DNA from: a virus
Virus record (IMG/VR): IMGVR_UViG_3300043773_000401
Location: 32,001-96,000 of that record
Reading direction: 5' to 3' (one strand)
DNA: 64,000 bases
Both the position numbers and the translations under genes were made by a program. The first letter of the stretch is position 1. Every line of letters starts with the position of its first letter. Under the pieces are notes generated by a model that was not told the DNA's origin, searched no databases, and was given only the letters and a program-made list of their open reading frames with translations. Shown piece by piece: positions 12,101-22,800 of the stretch.

Positions 12101-13852
12101 AGATACACCAGCAAAAAACTTTTCATCTATAGATTTTAATTTTTTATATTCATATCCTAATTCATTACCAGCAAATCTTACCATGTCTAGTACTACAGAT
12201 CCAAAGTCAGAAAAGAATTCTGCAGCACCTGGAGTATTTAAGTAATCAACATTTGTATTATTATGATATTGTGGAAGAGCCGGATTAAAATCAGTAGTTA
12301 CAATAGCTTCTACTGCTTCTATTTCTTTTTCAGCTTTAAAAGATGTATCATAATCTTTTTCAGTACTTACTTCTAATTTTCCTGTTTCTGCATTTTTTAC
12401 ACCCTTTTCTGATATTATGAGTTTAATTACTTTTCTTACTTCTTCTTCTGCTGATTCTAAACCTTTTTCTATTCTCCTTCTTTTATTTTCCTCTATAGTT
12501 TTTTCTACATCAGCATAAAGTTTAGATCTTTCTTCTGGTGTAAGTACTTTATTAGGATCTACTTTTGGTAAACCTGTGATATTACTAAAAACAGCTTTTG
12601 CATCTTTTTCTGCTTCTCCACTTGCATACTTCTTTAAGTAATTATTTAATGCTTTTATATCATTTTTAACTGTATTTTTGAAGCCTTCTCTTTGATTATT
12701 AAAAGGATATTGTTCTGATGTGGATGCTACAGATGGTTTAATATTTACAACTATATCATAGGGAATATTTTCCCAATCTCTAAAACTAAAAGATGTTTCA
12801 AACTGATATATTCCTGAAGATAATATTTTATGACTAGGGTATTCTTTTTTTTCAGTACTCATGTAAAGATCAGCAGTACCCCATGAAAATTCTAATTTAG
12901 AAAATAATGGAGGTAGTACTTCTTCAGTTATATTTTTACCTAGTGGAAGAACTTTAGTATTTGTTTTATCTCCTTTAACCCAAGTAAAGTTAACATTAAG
13001 ATCACCTATTAAAGGTTTATCTAATATATCAAATCTTTCATATGGTGTTGATGAATACTCTCCTGGAAAATCAATAGATCTTTTTACTCCTTCTGCTGTA
13101 GTATATGATTCTGGTATTTTTACTTCAACAAAACTACCATTAGGTTCTGTTGTTTGTTCTGTTGTAATTAAAAAATCATCATTATAAAGTTGTATAGCTG
13201 TAGCATTGATAGATGTTTTAATACCATCTCTTATTGTAACTACTCTAACATATTCTGAACCAAGTAAAAATTGTACTTTTGCTAATCCAAATCCACCACT
13301 TCTTTCTGAAACATCAAGACCTTCTTTATTAGTTCCACCTATAGATAAAAATGCATTTTTAACAATGTCAGGTGTCATACCTATACCATCATCTTGAATA
13401 GATATTGTCCTGTTATTATAATCTACTGTAATATTGAGATTCCCAGTTGTTGTATTTCCAGTAATATTCATTCTTGCCTTAATTGCATCAAAACTATTTT
13501 GTAATAATTCTTTTATAGCAACTTGGGCTAATGGTTTATTATACATAGTTGGACCTAAAAGCATTAATAACTGTTGTTTATTAACTCCTATAGATCCTTT
13601 TTCAGATTGCATTAACTCTCCAGTAAGACCACCTAATTTTGATATATCTTGTATTTGAGGTTTTGCAAAAGCTATAACCTCTGGCATTTTTGTAAGTACC
13701 TTAGCTACAACATCTTCTGGGTTTCTAAAAGTACCATACTCTAGATAATCTCTTTTTGCTTCAAATTCTGCAGTAATAACACCAGCATCCTTAAGTGCTT
13801 GAACTATAGCTATATAGTCTGGGTTAGATGTATTTATACAATCTCTTCTCAT
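6116..13852 (-). CDS. giant virion cargo/ejection protein with N-terminal GHKL ATPase, two zincin HEXXH motifs, coiled coils and a C-terminal hydrophobic helix
   Basis: Likely start MRRDCINTSNP at 13852 (TAATG overlap with the RNAP stop) rather than 13870. GHKL boxes ELLQNSFDA, DDGIGM, GGFGLAK, GSFV; HEINH (11963-11977); HEFSH (11297-11311); FTLYGMIALLPFLFG near the C-terminus; adjacent to the virion RNAP as in crAss-like phages. Confidence 0.8.
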   Translation of the reverse strand: MRRDCINTSNPDYIAIVQALKDAGVITAEFEAKRDYLEYGTFRNPEDVVAKVLTKMPEVIAFAKPQIQDISKLGGLTGELMQSEKGSIGVNKQQLLMLLGPTMYNKPLAQVAIKELLQNSFDAIKARMNITGNTTTGNLNITVDYNNRTISIQDDGIGMTPDIVKNAFLSIGGTNKEGLDVSERSGGFGLAKVQFLLGSEYVRVVTIRDGIKTSINATAIQLYNDDFLITTEQTTEPNGSFVEVKIPESYTTAEGVKRSIDFPGEYSSTPYERFDILDKPLIGDLNVNFTWVKGDKTNTKVLPLGKNITEEVLPPLFSKLEFSWGTADLYMSTEKKEYPSHKILSSGIYQFETSFSFRDWENIPYDIVVNIKPSVASTSEQYPFNNQREGFKNTVKNDIKALNNYLKKYASGEAEKDAKAVFSNITGLPKVDPNKVLTPEERSKLYADVEKTIEENKRRRIEKGLESAEEEVRKVIKLIISEKGVKNAETGKLEVSTEKDYDTSFKAEKEIEAVEAIVTTDFNPALPQYHNNTNVDYLNTPGAAEFFSDFGSVVLDMVRFAGNELGYEYKKLKSIDEKFFAGVSIDKQYAGIHIRKIINAIFVNPLAFDVKSLEEAVGVALHVTIHEINHTTVSGEGANFTTALGILYGKIYGTGKYALYEGLFRSVYKKHFDTFVKLKIEYDKSNTRNLSESFEGDEVKRDTSRDIQRDVDDVSTRQTAEERYRRDQEDNKKDKTGDVILSKLEQANQVVESIEEVALITNPERSNNPDVGETSVKTAEVVDNANATANLTQLAEMLMVNLGVNYELVTAERAKQMLGDKYNGEPAFYYGDTVFFVGERLTMEMVFHEFSHPLVRAIRKGNPQLFENLYDSLEANSPDIIDYVKTEYQELVEGTPAFMEEVIVTALGRMATLKSQNAPIEKGFAKVIKDILAAIKKMLRQLFGKVNVSTLDVDTSLDTLANMLVEGNRFALSQLTAETDTEAMFFKNTEQEVEELTRLVDRRTKNSTAQQAANIVYERTRRHIQELRFNKDYKEIAKLFRDQFGEAQYSIITKNLSKYQNLLEDKLEEIENDVTQAKNRADAVINTLVQIEIMAEKLDNYFNTDFDSVDNKDTLAKIMNYNKIIMSWENMITELKEVMRNAEYTVDGVTKRLSDKNATYDLVIRIGEKVGRIKERVNEIVTETTSETYEEILGPIQEAIDEKYKRLIDLAKSTNQPAWLIKSYEDEYANITLKDANGQIKDKIKKLLGGELNDANFLNSYLEGYMYNQDPTVFGLAKYIKDNYIDALNNAQRYYNEFATEMLPILEKLGFNPNNIRELGNILTFLDDDGFVDEKGVFQKRKVHTFLNANKNWRHDLKEWENKLEEEKLKAKSRGDYSTYRKMEAEFEKWQRKYFYEPFAREIYDLNKLFQDSIGQEAKRLKDEALNNINSLSQKVDDPNDFVEMKTIEDAWDQYNQLFSLTYPDGTDKKGADLKIAERLIEYRTKSRQYYKYVDRPGAFQAAFSSFLEKLTYELNSGKITKEQFDIKKEQWLRANSVVKIKEEFYAEKNRILNAIKILTDKINIPSDVDKEISDLYRRRANIISGNRDDNRQLNLDSLSPEALEELNQIEDQLEKLKDEKLTSNGLTKAEARDYYDLNQMSSALLTDEEIERLEMYEQKMQDFKDSGQAKNGLTDEEKLALESLFKELEDLETIKPSNYYLNQFAAQLKNIQDDPSQPFQLRTILYEIFTNDLGETITDVDKLYEKGLLDAFEKAIITPRYESEGKQLSFIQLPGNENLRAWFNKTHRVARKYDKKSKGYKKQVVRRNAYSYTEPTDNKYKESTVILDENGVEQTIYRVPSLKFKKRVENEAYANTERTVYKTIDNRGQWLPKNKEDMIAYRQAYPEEFDPSDPNEHLRYINEKYYELKEDPSKRNYFEALQKLTDFYLKYQEGLSLNAKLYLDVPRYRMGSLETFQLNGTRKTVKNIWESIKNIFTATKDGYLNGQNFEDEVVMTNMDMFDENDTRVPIDGKNYIDHEIVSLNVINSVMRYMLSGEKHKVKLKMLPFAKGIQEAVKDPNTNAPKKNKDMSRFYKSAFKNLGRMVFLNKKGENLRAKVIDNLFEREFEGVLQAGPTAEWQGLNKFSDFLFRRASMGFFALNVPSALKNNFGAQYQAFLEGVGGKYYNTKDLAKGNAWASKTMLQLSMNIYNRGPHSLELQKVEIFDPSQGRYESKMDERITRTLLKDVMNYQGVLLNTRKWLELQSALSVYGAMMYGQMVEITENGVKKMIPYMEAWVLDDKNQIKLRDGIDKEWGIGGTKYKTFINRMHDVQNKVAGGNSAFENPDAQRYLLYRFVAFLKRFITRILMSRFQFRGNVWDPMPRYNVAATDTDMGWYLEGMRNIYRLIRTQGQYRHMMDTREKLLTFRMFVEMFTLYGMIALLPFLFGYDPDDEDRYRKLREKSGPMPFLFAPEDDRYEFNLKGWLENHALLMMIQVRSENELFNPILGRRELLNMAKLESIAIGATVEKWSDAITDLYRLATGDERAFYKRDVGPYEWQKEGSPKVLKDILSTYGFTGSTLSPEEYLKTITSIRNR

Positions 13853-16800
13853 TATAGACCTGTTAAACATTTAATTATATAATCTGCCACGTCTTGGTCA
13901 GTAACCTCTATAGGGGGCTGAGCCATTGCTTTTTCCTCACCACTAAGATAATATCCTGGGTTAACATATCCAAAAGATTCGTATAGTCTTTTTGATATAT
14001 GTGTAAACAACTCTCTGTTATACTTATTAGGTGAGTCTTTAAGATAAGTGCCGTACCCTTCTGGGTTTAGATTAACTACTGCTCCTGCTTTGTTTAGGTT
14101 TACTAACTTATCTATATCCTCATCAATTAATCCTTTAGCTTTTTCTAATGATTCGGTACTAGATATCTTATAAGAGTATGCTGGTAAACTAACTTCTTCT
14201 ATTATAGGAGTTTCAGTTACAGTTACATCTGTAAATTCTGATACATCTGATAAATCTTTTTCTGGTTTATAAAGTTTAGATACATCAAATCCTAATTCAG
14301 CCAACCTTTGTTCATTCTCAGAACCTTTTTCAAGATTTGTTCCAATACTTAATAAACCTTTCTTAAATTGAGTACGGTCTATTCTTCTACCACTTGTTAA
14401 GTCCTCTATATTACCTGTTGACTCAATTAAATAGAATTTAAGATTATGACCAGGTATGATAACTTTGTAACCTACTTCATCTTCAGCTTCACGTCTTATT
14501 AAATTTCCATCATTATCTACTATTTCTCTACTTAAAGATATTTTTTCAGGGATAGGACTTATTACATAGCTTGGTACACGACCTTGAATAAATACTTGTT
14601 GGTCACGTTTTGTATTATAAGATGTCCATAGTTCTTCTGCTTTTTTCTGAAGCTCTTGTTTTTTTTCTTTAATCTCTGGAGTTATTTCAAATACTCCACC
14701 TGTTAATATTTCAATTTTTTCTCCTTTACCTTCATTATTAACAAAATAAGTATATTCTTTTTCTCCACTAAGTAATACTACTCTATAACCTAATTTAGTT
14801 TTACTAAATGATTTAAGTTCAAGTTCTGATTCTGAATCACTTTTAACAAAGTAAACTTCAATATCATCACCTTTTTCAAATAGTCTTGTATTTTCTCTTA
14901 GGTTTGTTAGTTCATTTATTGTACTATTAAGTTCTTCTATTGTATCTTTTAAAGATAATTCTTTAACTGGAGTTGTTATAACTGGTTTCTTTGCACCTGG
15001 TTTTTTAGAAAGTTCAGCTAGTTGTTCAGATTGAGTAAGACCTCTTAATGTTCTTAGTCCTAATAAATTAGCTTTAGATAGTTTAGTCCAGTTTTTAGGA
15101 TCTACTAGTGTATTATCCCATTGACCTTCAGGTCTAGCTTTAGATGTAGGTACTACTGATGAGTTTACTAAGTAATAGTTATTTACATTAGCTGATATAG
15201 CTTTAGCAGTTTCTACTGCTTTGTTTGGATCAAAATAGAATAAGTTTACATTATTCTTTCCTGGGATCGGAGTAGTTTGTACTTCTGCAGTTACTATTGC
15301 TGTAGGTTGATCTAGTCCTCTTAGAATAGATGCTGCCTGTTGACCAAAGATTCTATAGTCTCTTAAACGGTCTCTCTTTTCAATGTTAGTATATGCATTA
15401 ACTCTATTAAACTTATCAAAGTATAGCTTTAACATTTCTTCATTTAGATTCTTAGAGTAGAATGCTATAGGTTTCTCTAGTATTTTATCAATAGCTTCAG
15501 TAGGAACAATACTATTAAGTGAGAATCTAGATGCATTGTTTAACCCAGCCTGTAAGAAAGAGTATATAGGAAGCATTGTAAATACATCACTAATAAACTT
15601 ATTAGCTGCTGGATCATTAGGTACTTTAACTACTGTTGGATCTGAAAGCTTAATAATATTATTGTTGTATTTATTCTTTTCATCTTGATCTAGTGAAGCC
15701 TTGTTGATCATTATGTTCTTTATTCTTGAAGCTTCATCTCTACCAGGACCCCAGTTAGACTCAATTACATTAAGTACACTGTATGTATCTGCTAGTTCAG
15801 GATAGTTTTGTTTAATGTAGTTTAACTTGTTAGCTAATGCATGACGGCTATAGAACATGAAGTTCACATTACCTATGTTTTCTAAAGCTTTATTTCTTAA
15901 GAATACTTCATAGCCGGTAGCTAATGCTTCTTCTTGAGATCTACCAGTAGCAACTAAATCATCTACAATAATCTTATATTCAATACTTTTGTATGTACCT
16001 TCAGAATATAGTGAGTCAATAGATGGATAAATGCTTCTTAGTACTTCTCTCTCCATTACAAACTTAACATACTCTTCACTAGTAGTAATATAGTTAGCAG
16101 GGATTGTAGCTAGATTAATAGCAAGTTCTCTTTGTGTACCATCTGTTTCATCTTGCACTGTATATTTATAGTCAGCTGACTTAATATATGCTTTAGATTG
16201 AAACTCATTAACTAGCTTAGCTCTGTTTACATAAAGAACATTATCTTTTACAAATGCACCATACTGAAGATAAGGAGCATCTTTAATTGTAACATCATAA
16301 GATAGAGCTCTACTCTTATATTCCTTACCAGTAGTATTAGTATTAAGAATGGTGTTCTGAAATACAAATAACATGAAGTCATTAACAAAGTTATCCATGT
16401 AGCTCTCAACTGTAGGGAAATAACTAGAATCAACTTTATTATAAATAGTAGGATCAGCCATCTTTTTCTTTATGAAAGTCTCCATAGTTTCACTTCTCCT
16501 AAGCTTGAATAATCTAGTTACTAAAGCTCTTAATGCATCTTCAGCATTAAATGGAGATACAGGGCTATCACTTATGATTCTTTCAATAGGTCTTTGTGGT
16601 AATCTTCCACTAGCTAATAATTTCTCTATCTTAATATCTCTATTGTATAATTCAAATATTGATCCAATGTTGATAACATCAAAGTCAGTATTAGCAGATA
16701 CTTTTCTTACTGCTTCAGACATCTCCTGGATTTGTAAGTAATGCATTAAGAACATCATCTGTTGGTTAAGAACCTTATTCTTATCTGCTTTTATTTTTTC

Positions 16801-19800
16801 TTTCCAGTTATCTTCATTCTCACCTCTTTCAGTAGCTGTATCTTTAATAGTCTGTAAAAGGTTATTATTATCAAACATCTCTGCCCAGTTCTCATCCATA
16901 GAGAACATAGCTTGACCTTCATTACCTAGTGCTAGCCAATACTGTGGAGTACGTAATGACTCCATATATTGGTTGTATTTATTATTTACAGTTTTTCTGA
17001 AGATCTCTTCATTTTCATTATCTTGTATATCAATAAAACTATCTCTAAGAATATCTAGTATCTCTTTTCTTTCAGGACTAGCATAAGTAGTATTAAGTAG
17101 ATTCTGTAATAATGATACAAAGTCTCTTCCTTCACTAGCTAGAGTTCTATTAAATACATTTTTGTATATACCCTTATTCATTAGGTATGAAAATGCATTT
17201 TGATTTACTTGAGATATATTTCTAGGTATAAACTGATCTGGTACAATTGTTCTAGCATATGGACCAGTTAGAAGATCTTTAGTTCTAGTATACTCTCTGA
17301 TAAGTGGTTGTGATACAAAGTATATAGCGGTCTTTAAGTCTACACCTGCCTGTACTAAAAATAGAATAACAGGAGATACTTTTTTGTTACCTTGTAAGTA
17401 ATAGATGTAAGGATTCTTTGCAGCATCTACCCATCCATTCATAAGCTGAGATATCTGTTCTGCAATATTTCTTTCAAAGTTAGCATCAAATATTCCTGCT
17501 AATGATATTGCAGGTTGTCCATCAACCATGATAGAATTATAAGCAGGCATTAAAAGTCTTTGAGTGTAGCTAGATTTACCAGATGCACTTTGTCCAACAG
17601 GTAGTAAATACATGCCTGATGAGTTAAACTGTACATTAGTAACATTATTCTTAGCACCAATACCTAATGTTTCTTTACTTACAGAGTTTACTTCTCTCAT
17701 GTGATAGTTCACATCTGGTTCAATAATCTTAGTAGGTATAATACCTTTCTTGGCAGGCTTAGAGAACACAGTGCTCTTACTATTGAAGTTACCCATTACA
17801 AACATCTGAAGACCATCTTTCTCATCTTCAGCAAGTGGTTGTGTATAGTAAGTATCATTAGGAGTAATAAGCTTAGTATAACTATCTTTGCTAAGAAGAA
17901 TTTCTCTCATAGCTTTAATCAAGTCATTCTGTATACCATTATAAGAATACTGATCAATCTTAGTTCTTACTTCTTCTAGTGAATCTAAGATTGGTTTTCT
18001 TGCAGCTGTCCAGGCATCTAATATATTGTTATAGTCTTTAGAACCCGTAACAATTGATTTAATAAACTTACCTTGACTAGTAATATAATCTTCAGTAAGA
18101 CTAATTAGGCTTTCATGAATACTATCTAATTCTTCATCAGTACTAGCTGTAAGTCCTCTAGTAATCAATTGCTTTTTACTGTCTTTGAATTCTTTTCTGA
18201 ATTCTTTTATCTTAGCTTTATCTTCAGGAGTGAATACATAATCAAACTTCTTAAGCTGCTCATTAAAGTCTTCATCAACTTTATCTAGTTTAGCTTTAAG
18301 ATCTTCTCTAGATTTTTGTAGGTCATCTATAGACTCAGTAATATCAACATCTTCAACTAACTTAGGAGCTCCTTTTTCCATTCTATAAGAAGGCATAAGG
18401 ATTGTAAGTTTATCAATATCAAAGTCACCACCTGATTTAGCAACTATCTCTGATGGTAGAATAATAATGTTACCTGCAGATTCTGGTAAGAACTCATATA
18501 CTTCCATAACATCCATCTGAGCAAAACCTTGAACAGGAATACGTACTCCTAATAGAGTAATCATATCTCTATTTTCTTTTAACCAGTCTTCTTGTTTAAT
18601 AAGAATATTGAGAGCTTTGAATGTAGATACATTATTTTCTTCAGCATATTTTATTACGGATGGAAGCTTAAGTAACTTCTTAAAGCTGCCAGTTAAAGCA
18701 ACTTTAATTTTCATAGCTGCTGTAGTGCCATCTTCTTTAGAGTAGTAATATGGTAAGTCATTAGTACCGGTTGTACCTTTCCATTTATTATACTCTTCTT
18801 CTGTAGGTTTACGGAATCCAGATCTTTTAAGTTCTGTAGGTTCATATCCAGAAGATGCTACTTGGATAAGAGCTTCACCATGAAGTTTAGGTTTAACTAA
18901 TCTCTTCATGATTAAAGATGCTATTGCATTTTCTATTTCAGTAGCTTGTAAAGATGCAGATAGATCACGTTGAATACCATTACCATCTGTTGTAGCTGCA
19001 ATATAGTTTACAATGTGATTAGGAAGACCTTTATTATCTAAGTGTCTTCTTATCTTAGTTACAAACTTTTCAAAATTACCATCTTTAATATCATATACTT
19101 TTTTACCATTCTCATATGAGATAGTAAAGCCAAATTCTTCAGCAAGATTCTTTTCTAATCTGGCAGCTAATTTGTTAAGTACTTTTAGATAGTTACTGTA
19201 TAATTTATATTTTTCAAACTTAAGTTTTTCATTCTCTGCTAAAGCTTCCCATTCATCTATTGTACCAGTATATCCAACAGGTACACCATTCTCCATCAAA
19301 CCTAATGGTATTAACTTCTTAAGCTGTGTAGATAAAGTTACTTTACCTTTAAACTCACTACCAGTTTCTAACTGATGTTTAAAATACTGAGGATAAACTG
19401 GATTTACTGTAAACTTATAATCAACATTAATAGTAGCTAATTGAGTTGTTTCAGTATCATAGAATTTATCATAAGCTGGTTTACCATTTTCAGTTCTAGA
19501 AGTAATAGATACCATCTTAGAACCAGATATATATGTAGAGTAGTGAACATTCTGTTCTACCATTCTATTATGGAATGATTCTAACTTAGTTCCTTTTATT
19601 ACTGCAGGGTTAAGTGGTGTTAGTGAGAACTTATGAAATCCAAATACTGGGAAACCTTCTGTTGCTAATGGTCCCCACATCTGCATTTTAAGTGTTGGGA
19701 AGAAGTAATTAAATGTCTTAGTATCTACATTCTTACCTGATAAGATAAGATCATATATACGTTGATGAGATGGTGTCCAGATACCAAGACCTTCCATAAC

Positions 19801-22800
19801 TATTCTTATACCTGGGAATGAGATATAACCTTGACCATCAGCCTCATTCATTTCTTCATAGTTCTTAAGATCTCTTTCAGCTCTTCTTTTAGCTTCCTCT
19901 AGCTCAATACCTTGTTCTAAACTTTCTTTTAGTTTAGCAGCATACATTGTATCATAGTAGATAGATCTTACATTAACATCTTCTACAATAGCTGTATTTA
20001 TAACACCATTATATGTTGGAATTGCTGCAGGTCTATTACCAGTAAATACAGGAGAATTTATATAACTTCCAATAACATTCTTATGAACATTGATATAAGT
20101 TTCAAAACCAGGATCTGTTCTCATGAAGTTTCCAGTAGACTGAATACCTGTGTTTCTTTTATGAAACTCATTCTTAGAATGATTATAGTTTATAAAATCA
20201 CCATAGAAGAAGAATACTGATTCTAAGTTATGTATTAATTGGTTAACATAGAAAGCATTTGCAATAGCTTGTTTATTTTCACTATCATTTGATATACCTA
20301 TTTGTTTACCAAATGATTGTGTACGGTATCTATTAAATAAAGTATTAGCAGTCTTATTAGATATACCACCCATTAACTTTGCTATGCCTGTGTTGAACAG
20401 ACTTAGTTTAGCATCAAAGTAGGTTAATAAATCCTCAGCTATTAGACCTTGTATATCAGCTCCTTTAGTTGCAAAGAATTTATCTACATCTGCTTGAGCT
20501 ACATTATTATCTTTGATAGCTTTTTTAATAGCTGCCATAGTATCTTCACTAAGCATATCTTTGAAGTCAACAAAGTCAGCACCTACTTCAGATATTCTTT
20601 GTCCACCAATAACAGCATTGTATTCAGTAAACCTACTTGGATTAGGATCATTATTAATAGCTGTCATATATATAATCCTACTAATCTCATTGTATACTTT
20701 AGGTAACATGATATTAGTTACATTATTTTTCCAGCTTAGATCAGTGTCATCAAGTTTACTTAAGAATCTAGCAGGGTGAATATAAAACTTATCAGTGACT
20801 ACAGAACCAGATAATTTATCTATATCTACATATAGTTTCTCGGGCCCTGTTCTATATGTACTAGACTTATCACCAGCTTGAAGAGTGCTAGTAAATCCTC
20901 TTTGCATGAATGTTTCTATATCAGATAAAATTCTTGTAGAGTTATCTGCACTAAAAGACTCAATACCCATTAAGAATATATCATGCTCATCAACTAATCT
21001 AGCACCAGATAAGTTCTCAATAACTAGTTTATTATCTCCTCTCTTATTACCGTTCTTCTCAAATAAGCTAGACATCCAAGTATGATTTTTTAACATTGGA
21101 TTTCTAGACTTATCTAAGTGTGACATGTGAGGCATGGCTAGTAACTGTGATAAGTTGCTTACAGCATTAACCGGGTTAATCATCATAGTAAGAGACATGT
21201 TCTGAGAGTGCACATACTGCATATTATTCTCAGCTGTCATAACCATAAAGGATACATTCTTACCAGAGAAATCATTCTCAATATTGGCTATCTCATTGAA
21301 TGCTGTATTCTCATCTCTAAATAAAGATGATGCTACATTCTTATCATTTATAAAACGGATAACATCTTTACTTCTATCTAGCTCTTTGTTATAACCTAGA
21401 GCTTTACCTAGAGCATATGCAATGTTTCTTAATTTCTTAGACTTACTTAGGGCATCTCTAACTTCTCTGCTATCTGTAAGGATTACACCAAAGTTATATA
21501 ATGTTTGGTATGCATCTTTAGTAAGAGCTTTTTCTATATCACTTACTGCAGGATATGCAGATCTTAAAGCATTAGTATTAAGGTATCTTCCTTGTGAGTC
21601 AATAACTATATAAGGATGTCCTGTAGATAAGTAGAAAGCATCATCTATTCTTCTCTTAGTCTGGAATACATTTCTACCAGATGTAGTCACTGTTGATTCA
21701 AATGTACCCTCAGCATTGTTATATGCTAGAGTAGTTCTGATAAGTTGAATATTAGTGATATTAAATGCACTTTGTACTACACTTAATAATGTTTGTTCAC
21801 TCTGATCAGGGCTATCAGGATTACCTAAATAGCTTAAGAACTGTCTTACTTTAGCTCCAAGTCTAGTTTTTTCTTTAGCCTTTTCATTTAAGCGGGTTAA
21901 GATATCTGTAAGACCTAAGTTGTCTTCAAGTAAGTTAGCAAAGTCAAACCAGTTATTACCTAGACTATCTAGTTTTTCAAAACCTAATTCATCAGTAACA
22001 ACATTACCAGATGCATCATAGTCATTAATGAAAGATAGAATCCTATTAATTTCTGGTGCTGCCATATCAGATAATGATTTCTCATTACCTCTTTTATCAT
22101 ATGTAGTACTTTCATCTTTTGATTCTTCTTCTAGACTTAGTTTCTCATCAGCTGTTAAGAACTTAGTCTTCATTATATAGTAAGGAACTACTCCTTTCTT
22201 AGAATCTGCAGGACTCTCTTCATTTTCACCAAAGTTCTTTACTGTCCAATCTAACAGATCAGCTTTATAGTTTAGAGCTTGTAGTTCTTTAACCTGGTCT
22301 ATAGTAAGTTTATCTGTATCTTTAAACTTAGTTTGTATCTCATATAATACTAAGTTACGGTTAGCTTGAAGTTCTGCTTTTACCCTTTTAAGTACTACAT
22401 TAAGAGACTCTTTATTAGATAAAAGTACAGTAGAAAACTTCTTAGTTTGACCAAGTAAGTTATAGCTAGCAACTAACTTAGCAATGATTGAGTTAATAGA
22501 TGTAACTATCTTTTCTGAATCTTCATAAGACAGTTCTTCTTTTTCATCTACACTTAGGTTCTCAATAGTCTTATTATAAACTAGAGCTGAGTTAGACTGA
22601 CGGAATGTATATTGATTTAGATTACCAACATACAAATTGTCATACATCTCTTTAACCATTGGTATAGAGTAAGGATCTATCATAACATCTTCTATGTTTG
22701 TACCATAGAATAATGCTGTTAAGAAATCCCATATCTTTTGGAACATTGATTTTCTAACTGGTGATTTAATAGTTCTCTTACCACCAGACATAGCAAACTT

